Made by a program: the position numbers and the translations under genes
Origin: a virus
IMG/VR virus record: IMGVR_UViG_3300028859_000002
Direction: 5' to 3' (one strand)
DNA: 43,191 nt
Shown here: one piece after another, positions 36,975 to 42,960 of the stretch
Layout of the letters: every line of letters starts with the position of its first letter
How positions within the stretch are numbered: position 1 is the stretch's first letter
The notes under the pieces: model-generated
What the model saw: only the letters and a program-made list of their open reading frames with translations
Told to the model about the DNA's origin: nothing
Database searches by the model: none

Positions 36975-37172
36975 TTACATAAGCCGATTCAAATTAAGAG
37001 TCAATCCATTTCGTTTTGCACCCCTTAAAACCGACGGCATGGCCAGTCTTGGAATCCTGCCGTTCACCCGCCATCTATGTACTCCGCTCGGCGCCCTGTT
37101 CACACCGCGAGCAGTCGCGCGTAATCCACCAAACTTTTTAATAAGATACTCTACTGAATTTTTCTTTTGCAT
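36975..37172 (-). CDS. Cro/YdaS-like DNA-binding protein (65 aa from ATG 37172)
   Basis: AAGGAA RBS. YLIKKFGGLRATARGVNRAPSGVHRWRVNGRIP resembles the YdaS/Cro HTH family. First gene of the minus-strand replication block. Confidence 0.5.
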   Translation of the reverse strand: MQKKNSVEYLIKKFGGLRATARGVNRAPSGVHRWRVNGRIPRLAMPSVLRGAKRNGLTLNLNRLM

Positions 37173-37207
37173 TTTAATTCCTTGTGGTTTAATGTTCACA
37201 TCATAGC

Positions 37208-38122
37208 ATGAAAACAATTAGTGTAGTACCAAAAAATGAGCAGGAATGGCTAGCGCTCAGAGCGAAAAATCTGAACTCAACTGAAATCCCTGCTTTATTC
37301 GACCTTTCACCTTACATGACAAAATTCGAGTTATGGCATCGGCACAAGGAAAACGTAGTCGTAGATTTCCAGGAGAACCCCCGGACTTTATGGGGTAAAC
37401 GACTTCAGAACTCGATTGCCGAAGGCATTGCAAAAGATCAAGGCTGGATCGTTTCTGAAATGAAACAATACATTTACGATGAGCAGCTCAGGATTGGATC
37501 CAGCTTTGATTTTTGTGTTGAAGGAGATCCTAATGGAATACTCGAGATCAAAAACGTGGACTTTATCCAATTCCGCGACAAGTGGACCAAAAACGAAGAC
37601 GGAACTTTCGAAGCGCCAGCTCACATTGAGCTTCAAGTGCAGCACCAAATGTTACTTGCAGATGTCTCATACTGCTATATCGGCGCACTAATCTCTGGTA
37701 ACGACATTAAGCTAATTCGCAGGGAAGCAGATAAAGAAATCCACGCAGTAATCCTAGACAAGTGCGCAGGATTCTGGCATTCAATCGATACGAACGAAGC
37801 ACCACAACCGGACTTCTTAAAAGACGCTGATATCATCGGGAAATTATATGGCTACGCAGAACCAGGCAAAACGCTCACGACCGATTCACAAGAACTCCTC
37901 GCGCTCGCAGAACAGTATAAAGTCTGCGGGAAACAAGCGACAGAATACGAAAATGCTAGAAAAGCGATCAAAGCGCAGATCCTCAGTCTTATTGGAGATG
38001 TCGAGCGAGTTGAACACCCATTGTTTTCAATCTCTGCTAAGTGCAGTCCACCCACTTTTGTTAAAGCTTTTGAACGAGCTGGTGTCAGAAATTTCAGAAT
38101 CACTGAACGAAAGGTAAAATAA
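37208..38122 (+). CDS. YqaJ-type (lambda Exo-like) recombination exonuclease (304 aa)
   Basis: WLALRAKNLNSTEIPALFDLSPYMTKFELWH, plus the D...LEIKN PD-(D/E)xK core. Confidence 0.8.
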   Translation: MKTISVVPKNEQEWLALRAKNLNSTEIPALFDLSPYMTKFELWHRHKENVVVDFQENPRTLWGKRLQNSIAEGIAKDQGWIVSEMKQYIYDEQLRIGSSFDFCVEGDPNGILEIKNVDFIQFRDKWTKNEDGTFEAPAHIELQVQHQMLLADVSYCYIGALISGNDIKLIRREADKEIHAVILDKCAGFWHSIDTNEAPQPDFLKDADIIGKLYGYAEPGKTLTTDSQELLALAEQYKVCGKQATEYENARKAIKAQILSLIGDVERVEHPLFSISAKCSPPTFVKAFERAGVRNFRITERKVK

Positions 38123-38445
38123 TGGAAATAAAAAACAGAGAAGAACGTCAAGCAGACAGTCTGATTGATACCCTCGCAAACGCAAAAGTCATGATGGAGG
38201 CCGTTGCAAAAAAAATGCAAGGGTCACTCAAGAAAACGATTGAGCTTGAAAATGATTTTGTTAGAATCATGGAAGTTCAAACTCAGTTCGATAAACGACT
38301 TTCGGCTATTGAAGAAGCGTTTCACCGTGGAGGAATTCCTGGATTTAGAACACACTGGCTAAAGCGTGTTTTTAAAATCAAAGACCATCTATCTCACCTG
38401 GAGTTAAAAGATAATGCAGACAGAACAAGCCAAAACGCTTCCTAG
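38122..38445 (+). CDS. Hypothetical coiled-coil protein (107 aa)
   Basis: TAATG coupling to the exonuclease gene. Helical composition. Confidence 0.55.
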   Translation: MEIKNREERQADSLIDTLANAKVMMEAVAKKMQGSLKKTIELENDFVRIMEVQTQFDKRLSAIEEAFHRGGIPGFRTHWLKRVFKIKDHLSHLELKDNADRTSQNAS

Positions 38446-38827
38446 GCAAGTTATTCTTAAAAAACAATCGCCCGAACCGTCAGACCAGCAAACACGCACC
38501 GATTCGGCGAGATCCGTTTTTATTTTTAATACCCCATCCGATCAACAGAATATTCAAAACGCTCGCAAGTTTAAAGCTCAATTCGGCATGCGAAAGGCCA
38601 GATTTAATCTTCCAGTCAATCCACAGACATTCTCGTTCCTTTATCTTTTAACTGAAGCGATGCCTGCGAACTTCTCGCATCCACGCGTTTATAACTATAG
38701 TGAGGTTCCAAATGAATCAGCCAAACCAGCCAGCCCAACCCCAGCAGTCAAACCAAGTCGCCCGAACAGGATTTCAGGGCCAACCGCCAGCAGCGCAGCC
38801 GCAGTCAAGAGCAATAAGCCCGATTGA
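38414..38827 (+). CDS. Questionable ORF (137 aa) overlapping both neighbours
   Basis: TGGAG lies 10 nt before ATG 38414. It overlaps the previous gene by 32 nt and recT by 116 nt. Its 3' end is an alternative-frame reading of the Gln/Pro-rich RecT leader. Confidence 0.3.
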   Translation: MQTEQAKTLPRQVILKKQSPEPSDQQTRTDSARSVFIFNTPSDQQNIQNARKFKAQFGMRKARFNLPVNPQTFSFLYLLTEAMPANFSHPRVYNYSEVPNESAKPASPTPAVKPSRPNRISGPTASSAAAVKSNKPD

Positions 38828-39701
38828 GGACTTCGCTAGATCCCTAAAGGTATCTGAAGGACAGTTCAAGCCACTGCTTCCGGCACACGTTCCGTTTGAG
38901 AAATTCACTCAGATTGTTTGCTCGGCACTAGCTAAAAATCCAGGCCTTCTGCAATACGATCGCGCATCGCTTTTCACCGCTTGCGTGGACGCCGCAAAAG
39001 ACGGACTCATGCCAGATGGCAAGGAAGGCGCTCTCGTTCCATTTAAAGGCAAGGTCGTTTATCAGCCCATGGTCGGAGGGATTTTAAAGAAAATTCGGAA
39101 CAGCGGTGAACTTAGTTCGATAAATCCGCAAATTATTCGGTCAAACGATACATTCGATTATTATATTGACGAAAAAGGTCCGCATCTAATGCACAGACCT
39201 AACTTCCAAAACCCAGGCGAAATGACAGGGACATATACGCTTGCTGTAATGAAAGACGGTGGAATTTACCTAGAGGTGATGACAAAGGAACAAGTGGACA
39301 AGATTCGTGCGCGATCACCTTCAGGAACGTCAGGACCATGGGTTTCTGACTATGAAGAGATGGCTAAAAAAACTGGACTCAAGAGACTATCAAAGCGCCT
39401 GCCGATGAGTACCGACATTGAGTCGTTTTTTGGTCAGGATGACGAGGTTGATGCTATCACCGAACAGACCCAAGCAGTTCATCAGGTAGCTTCAACGGCT
39501 GAAACCGCAACGCCAGTACAAGCTGCCTCAGCGAGCGCTCCTGGAGTCGTACAAGGCCCATCAAAATTAAAATCAGCACTGAAGGCAAAAGAACCGCTTC
39601 CACCAGCTCAAGAAATAATCCAAACCACGGCGACGCCGATTTTAACGAATCGAGAAGACCCAGGGCCGATGGATTTTAACGATCCGAACTTACCACTATG
39701 A
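38712..39701 (+). CDS. recT: RecT-family single-strand annealing protein (329 aa)
   Basis: GTGAGG RBS. A Gln/Pro-rich N-terminal extension, then LPAHVPFEKFTQIV...NPGLL...CVDAAKDGLMPDGKEGALVPFKGKVVYQPMVGGILKK, which is typical RecT. Confidence 0.85.
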   Translation: MNQPNQPAQPQQSNQVARTGFQGQPPAAQPQSRAISPIEDFARSLKVSEGQFKPLLPAHVPFEKFTQIVCSALAKNPGLLQYDRASLFTACVDAAKDGLMPDGKEGALVPFKGKVVYQPMVGGILKKIRNSGELSSINPQIIRSNDTFDYYIDEKGPHLMHRPNFQNPGEMTGTYTLAVMKDGGIYLEVMTKEQVDKIRARSPSGTSGPWVSDYEEMAKKTGLKRLSKRLPMSTDIESFFGQDDEVDAITEQTQAVHQVASTAETATPVQAASASAPGVVQGPSKLKSALKAKEPLPPAQEIIQTTATPILTNREDPGPMDFNDPNLPL

Positions 39702-40012
39702 AAGGAAGAAAAATGACCGCAAAAACAAAAAAACCATACGTTATCGTTCGTTCACATACAGCAGGAGTCCATGCAGGATATCTTGAATCTCGAAAAGGAG
39801 ATACCGTCACACTCACAAAATCTCGCCGTCTTTGGAAGTGGTTCGGAGCAAGTCTATCTCAGGTGGCGACAAGCGGATTAGCAGCAGGCGATAATAAAAT
39901 CGGCGCGCCTGTTCCGAAAACAGAAATCGTAAGCCCACAAGGTTTTGAAATTTCACACTGTACCAAAGAAGCGGAGAGAAACATCGTGGAGTTTTCTCAA
40001 TGGAAAGTGTAA
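39698..40012 (+). CDS. Conserved hypothetical phage protein (104 aa; alternative ATG 39713 after AAGGAAG)
   Basis: YVIVRSHTAGVHAGYL....GDTV.L..SRRLWKW.GA.LSQVA..G is a pattern I recall from a widespread phage family of unknown function. Confidence 0.6.
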   Translation: MKGRKMTAKTKKPYVIVRSHTAGVHAGYLESRKGDTVTLTKSRRLWKWFGASLSQVATSGLAAGDNKIGAPVPKTEIVSPQGFEISHCTKEAERNIVEFSQWKV

Positions 40013-40329
40013 AAGAGAACATAGGCGACGGCTACGGCGACGGCTCCGGCGACGGCTACGGCTCCGGCTCCGGCTACGGCGACGGCTCCGGCGACGGCTC
40101 CGGCGACGGCGACGGCTCCGGCTACGGCGACGGCTACGGCTACGGCTCCGGCTACGGCGACGGCTACGGCGACGGCTCCGGCGACGGCTACGGCTCCGGC
40201 TCCGGCTACGGCGACGGCTACGGCGACGGCTCCGGCGACGGCGACGGCTCCGGCTACGGCGACGGCTACGGCTACGGCTCCGGCTACGGCGACGGCTACG
40301 GCGACGGCTCCGGCGACGGCGACGGCTGA
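40000..40329 (+). CDS. Acidic (Gly-Asp/Tyr/Ser)50 dipeptide-repeat protein (109 aa)
   Basis: ATG 40000 overlaps the upstream stop. MESVKENI is followed by 50 uninterrupted G-X dipeptides (X = D, Y or S) and a final Gly, using a single codon per residue. Which frame is translated is not proven. Confidence 0.5.
   Translation: MESVKENIGDGYGDGSGDGYGSGSGYGDGSGDGSGDGDGSGYGDGYGYGSGYGDGYGDGSGDGYGSGSGYGDGYGDGSGDGDGSGYGDGYGYGSGYGDGYGDGSGDGDG
40024..40326. repeat. Hexanucleotide (GGC-GAC/TAC/TCC) array with a 132-bp higher-order tandem unit, about 2.3 copies
   Basis: 40024-40155 and 40156-40287 differ at one base (TCC vs TAC), followed by a 36-bp partial copy. About 75-80 percent GC by codon composition. 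Confidence 0.9.
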
Positions 40330-40375
40330 ATAAACTTTAACAATAAACTAGGAGGTTTTTATTTTCACAACCCAT

Positions 40376-40573
40376 ATGCTAAACCCAGAAGGCAAAAAAC
40401 AGATGGACGCTTTTAAAACAGCGGCATCTAATTTCGTAACCGAAGTCACTCAATCCATGGAAGAATCAAGAGAGAAGTCTATTTTCTTGACGAAAATCGA
40501 TGAAGCTGTTTTCTTTGGAGCTAAGGCAATCGCTCAAATGGACGATAACCACGAGAGTAAGAAAGATTACTAA
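40376..40573 (+). CDS. Small helical protein (65 aa), possibly of the Acb2/Tad1-hairpin-like sponge type
   Basis: SREKSIFLTKIDEAVFFGAKAIAQ fits the sRe.SlalTklEEA.mWa.kAI pattern I associate with that family. GGAGG sits unusually far (20 nt) from the ATG. Confidence 0.5.
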   Translation: MLNPEGKKQMDAFKTAASNFVTEVTQSMEESREKSIFLTKIDEAVFFGAKAIAQMDDNHESKKDY

Positions 40574-40767
40574 ATTTCACCCTGAATTCTGATAACCTAA
40601 TCGAACCAGGACTCAGGGGGAAAGTTTCGATGAGCGCTCATCGAACGAACGTTGCACGGTAGTCGTTAATATGACCGTGTCGGACTGGGGTGGACTTGCC
40701 GTAATGTGTGTGCCACAAAACTTCGAGCGGTGTTTCAGCGACCGACGGACAGGCTGGAGGGAGTAGC
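40574..40767 (+). ncRNA. Candidate structured untranslated RNA (3' UTR or sRNA), GC-rich
   Basis: No ORF of 60 aa or more on either strand. 18-bp perfect palindrome TCGATGAGCGCTCATCGA (40627-40644). Hairpins CACGGT/ACCGTG (40655-40679) and TTCAGC/GCTGGA (40734-40758). A terminator follows. Confidence 0.3.
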
Positions 40768-40800
40768 GCCGCACCATACGCGGCCAAACTTTATTCTTTT
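40768..40800 (+). terminator. Intrinsic terminator of the recombination/accessory operon
   Basis: GCCGC-accatac-GCGGC hairpin (40768-40784) followed by the T-rich caaactttattctttt. Confidence 0.5.
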
Positions 40801-40865
40801 AAATATATCAATCAAACTGTAAACTTTAACCAAGCCACTAAACAAAAAAAGAAAGCGATACTAAA

Positions 40866-41051
40866 ATGACAGTAGCAGAAGTGTTAGCATGGTTTGCAGC
40901 AAGTGAAATTTTGAGCACCGACAACGTAGTAATTATCGATGCAGCGGGAGTTTCCCGTACCATCGTTGGATTCGTGAGAATCGGAAACGAACAGAACATC
41001 CTTCCAGCAGGAAGTGACACTGCTCCTTACGTTAAAATCACCTTAGAGTAA
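40866..41051 (+). CDS. Hypothetical protein (61 aa)
   Basis: ORF after the terminator. Weak GAAAG RBS. Confidence 0.45.
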   Translation: MTVAEVLAWFAASEILSTDNVVIIDAAGVSRTIVGFVRIGNEQNILPAGSDTAPYVKITLE

Positions 41052-41141
41052 GCTCATCGGCCAATTTTGTACACATGGTCCTGCTAACAACGACGCCATG
41101 CAACCGATTTAAAGTGTAGGATAATAATCGGCATTAATATT

Positions 41142-41342
41142 ATGAGAGTTTTACTTCCAAAAAAAGGTTATTCCATCAATCCAATGCGCGATTTCCCGCG
41201 CAACGACGCATGCCCATGTAAGTCGGACAAAAAATTCAAAAAGTGTTGCTACCAAAAACAGCCTTTATTTATCGACTCGACAGTAGCTGAAGGCCTTGAG
41301 ATCGCGATGAAACAGTACAAATCGAAACAAGTAAATCGCTAA
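41142..41342 (+). CDS. SEC-C-motif mini-protein (66 aa)
   Basis: NDACPCKSDKKFKKCCY matches the SecA C-terminal zinc motif CPCGSGKKYKKCC. Confidence 0.6.
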   Translation: MRVLLPKKGYSINPMRDFPRNDACPCKSDKKFKKCCYQKQPLFIDSTVAEGLEIAMKQYKSKQVNR

Positions 41343-41851
41343 TTAAGCCAAACTTTAGGCGCGCACGATTCGTAAATCGCATTCATTCCGTAAGGTTCAC
41401 TTGTACTCTTGACGTGATAGTGAGTGAAACCGAGCGAGTGCCCTTCCCCCTCATGAATCAAATTGTCTCCGACCATGTACGCACCCTTAACGTAGTACCG
41501 ATTCATGTAAACGGTGGAAGGTTCATTCTCATCTCCAATTGTGTGTGAAATATGATTCGCCCACCACGATCCGGTATACATCACGACTTTTACTGTTGTG
41601 ACTTTTGAATTTTGTAACGCATAGATTTGAGCGCCTGAGAGATTCTGATTTTCTGTGAAATTTGAAGCAAGAACTGCATTTTTAAAACAATCCGATTGCA
41701 GTACCGTATTTACGTGATCAAGCCCTGATCGGATAAAAACGATCTCGTTCGGCAATGCGCCCGAAATATCACTGACTTGCATTTGAGGGAAAGCAAGCAC
41801 CGGAGAGTACGAAGAAAAGAATAAAAAGACAAGCGCATAAATGCCTTTCAT
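41339..41851 (-). CDS. Secreted His-rich putative metallohydrolase (170 aa); endolysin or envelope-enzyme candidate
   Basis: Signal peptide MKGIYALVFLFFSSYSPVLA-FP. Motifs HISHTIGD (HxxxD) and HEGEGHSLGFTHYH (metzincin-like with one extra residue, and HxH). Confidence 0.55.
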   Translation of the reverse strand: MKGIYALVFLFFSSYSPVLAFPQMQVSDISGALPNEIVFIRSGLDHVNTVLQSDCFKNAVLASNFTENQNLSGAQIYALQNSKVTTVKVVMYTGSWWANHISHTIGDENEPSTVYMNRYYVKGAYMVGDNLIHEGEGHSLGFTHYHVKSTSEPYGMNAIYESCAPKVWLN

Positions 41852-42288
41852 TGATCCACCAACGCTATGTTTCCGCTGTTTAATAACGTACCCTCGTCGG
41901 TAGAAGAAAGAGCAACGTAATTTAAAGAATCACTAAACGCTAAAAAAGAACCGTTTCCTTTTACACAATTTGCGCCGTTAAGATTCTGATTGATGCTACA
42001 TATTTCTTGCACGCACGCAAAGCCCGTTTGTCCGTTTGAGGTACAGAGAATAAAATTAGGCGGAGTAGCCCCCGTATTTCTTTTCTCAATATAGTCAACT
42101 AGGTTTACGTCATCCACGGGAGATACCGCTTTGTAACCGGCAGACGCAGTGAAAAGCAAAGTACTCTTTTGGCCTTTCGCGTTTCCGCAATTAAATTTAG
42201 TTTGTGCATCCGATAGACACACGTTCAGATTTAAGTGAGCACAATTACTTAAGCTTAGAAAGAACAGAGGCAAGATTAGACGCCGCAT
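41848..42288 (-). CDS. Lipoprotein (146 aa from ATG 42288); o-spanin-like by arrangement
   Basis: GAGGA RBS. MRRLILPLFFLSLSNC is lipobox-like. The 5' end overlaps the upstream gene by 44 nt in another frame. Confidence 0.55.
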   Translation of the reverse strand: MRRLILPLFFLSLSNCAHLNLNVCLSDAQTKFNCGNAKGQKSTLLFTASAGYKAVSPVDDVNLVDYIEKRNTGATPPNFILCTSNGQTGFACVQEICSINQNLNGANCVKGNGSFLAFSDSLNYVALSSTDEGTLLNSGNIALVDQ

Positions 42289-42553
42289 TTTGTTTATCCT
42301 CATCAGTTTTAGCGTTTTGGATTTGCGTCCACGCATCCCCAACTTTCGCTATGGTTTGTTGAATTCCGTTATTTTTGAATAGATCAATCATCGCTTTAAA
42401 AACTCCCATGATCATAGGAAGTGCGGTCATGAAACCCAAAAAAGCGGTCCACAAGGTAGGCTCTGCAAGGGTTGCGATAGTCGAAGTTACGTTTTCGATC
42501 GACGTTGCAATCTCTTCTCCCGTTGTAGTCTGCGGCGGCGTTGTAGTCGTCAT
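42245..42553 (-). CDS. Single-TM protein with a helical C-terminal domain (102 aa); holin or i-spanin candidate
   Basis: ATGA coupling at 42550-42553. TM LWTAFLGFMTALPMIMGVF, then a helical tail ending ASNLASVLSKLK. Confidence 0.55.
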   Translation of the reverse strand: MTTTTPPQTTTGEEIATSIENVTSTIATLAEPTLWTAFLGFMTALPMIMGVFKAMIDLFKNNGIQQTIAKVGDAWTQIQNAKTDEDKQNAASNLASVLSKLK

Positions 42554-42786
42554 ACTTTTTCTTCGCTCGGGGTAACTACTTTCCCAAGTTTTCTTAAAAG
42601 GTTTTGAGTCATGGAAACACAATGCTTGCGCCCGCTCGCATCTACACACGCAAAATCCACAGTCTCGCGGTCAGTGACGTGAACTTCATCGAGTAATAAA
42701 ATCTCTACGTCTCCGGCAAGTCTTGGGCTATGGGAAGAATTTCCATCGATAGTAACTTTAATTGAATCAGGAATCATGAAGCTCAT
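42550..42786 (-). CDS. Hypothetical protein (78 aa)
   Basis: First ORF after the two terminators. A GAGAGG RBS lies about 9 nt upstream. Confidence 0.5.
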   Translation of the reverse strand: MSFMIPDSIKVTIDGNSSHSPRLAGDVEILLLDEVHVTDRETVDFACVDASGRKHCVSMTQNLLRKLGKVVTPSEEKV

Positions 42787-42882
42787 TAGATATTGCCTCT
42801 CAGTAAATAGAATATCTTGTTCATTTAGTATCTCTCTTTTGTAAAATTTTAGGCTGCGGCATCGACAAACCGTGAAGCCACG

Positions 42883-42921
42883 CTAAAACAAGAGCGGGCA
42901 CCCAATGCGATGCGCCGCTCT
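42883..42921 (-). terminator. Intrinsic terminator (minus strand)
   Basis: AGAGCGG (42891-42897) pairs with CCGCTCT (42915-42921). On the minus strand it is followed by TGTTTTAG. Confidence 0.5.
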
Positions 42922-42935
42922 CGTGTAAAAACTTT

Positions 42936-42955
42936 AAAGTGAAGTCACTCACTTT
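42936..42955 (-). terminator. Hairpin directly after the junction gene stop; possible first terminator
   Basis: AAAGTGA (42936-42942) pairs with TCACTTT (42949-42955). On the minus strand it is followed by AAAGTTTTT. Confidence 0.4.
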
Positions 42956-42960
42956 ATGGA

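Noticed and set aside
24381-37172. Calling the phage temperate because it has three HTH regulators (84 aa, 98 aa and a 65-aa Cro-like protein).
   Set aside because: I could recognise no integrase, excisionase, partition genes or protelomerase. HTH regulators alone also occur in strictly lytic phages.
38688-38702. CTATAGTGAGG, the reverse complement of the T7 promoter core CTCACTATAG, upstream of recT. Related CACTATA strings occur at 18707, 27131 and 28479.
   Set aside because: The genome has no single-subunit RNA polymerase gene. The orientations are inconsistent, and a 10-mer match is not improbable in 86 kb of two-strand sequence. At 27131 and 28479 the TATAA(C/T) part is better explained as a sigma70 -10 box.
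40024-40326. The tandem array as a CRISPR-like or minisatellite non-coding repeat.
   Set aside because: It has no repeat-spacer organisation. The period is 6 nt with strict codon phase, and an in-frame ATG is coupled to the upstream gene. A DNA-level role is still not excluded, as noted in the finding.
39945-40340. A 131-aa Arg/Leu-rich ORF (RRRLRRRLRLRL...) in another frame of the hexanucleotide array.
   Set aside because: It starts at a TTG deep inside the upstream gene without an RBS. It is open only because GGC-GAC/TAC/TCC units contain no stops in that frame. The Gly-X frame has an ATG coupled to the upstream stop. The question is still unproven, so frame determination is listed as a check.
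40590-40625. A GGTTCGATT T-loop-like motif on the minus strand, suggesting a tRNA or an attP tRNA fragment. Also a GGGGGAAAGTTTCGA stretch vaguely like a tmRNA 5' end.
   Set aside because: I could not draw T-stem pairing (CCTGG vs AGGTT), an acceptor stem or an anticodon arm. There is no CCA-proximal complement for a tmRNA acceptor, and no integrase in the genome.
40627-40650. A hammerhead-like CGAUGAG...CGAAC string.
   Set aside because: The string is consumed by a perfect self-complementary palindrome. It lacks the CUGAUGA and GAAA core in the required three-way junction context.
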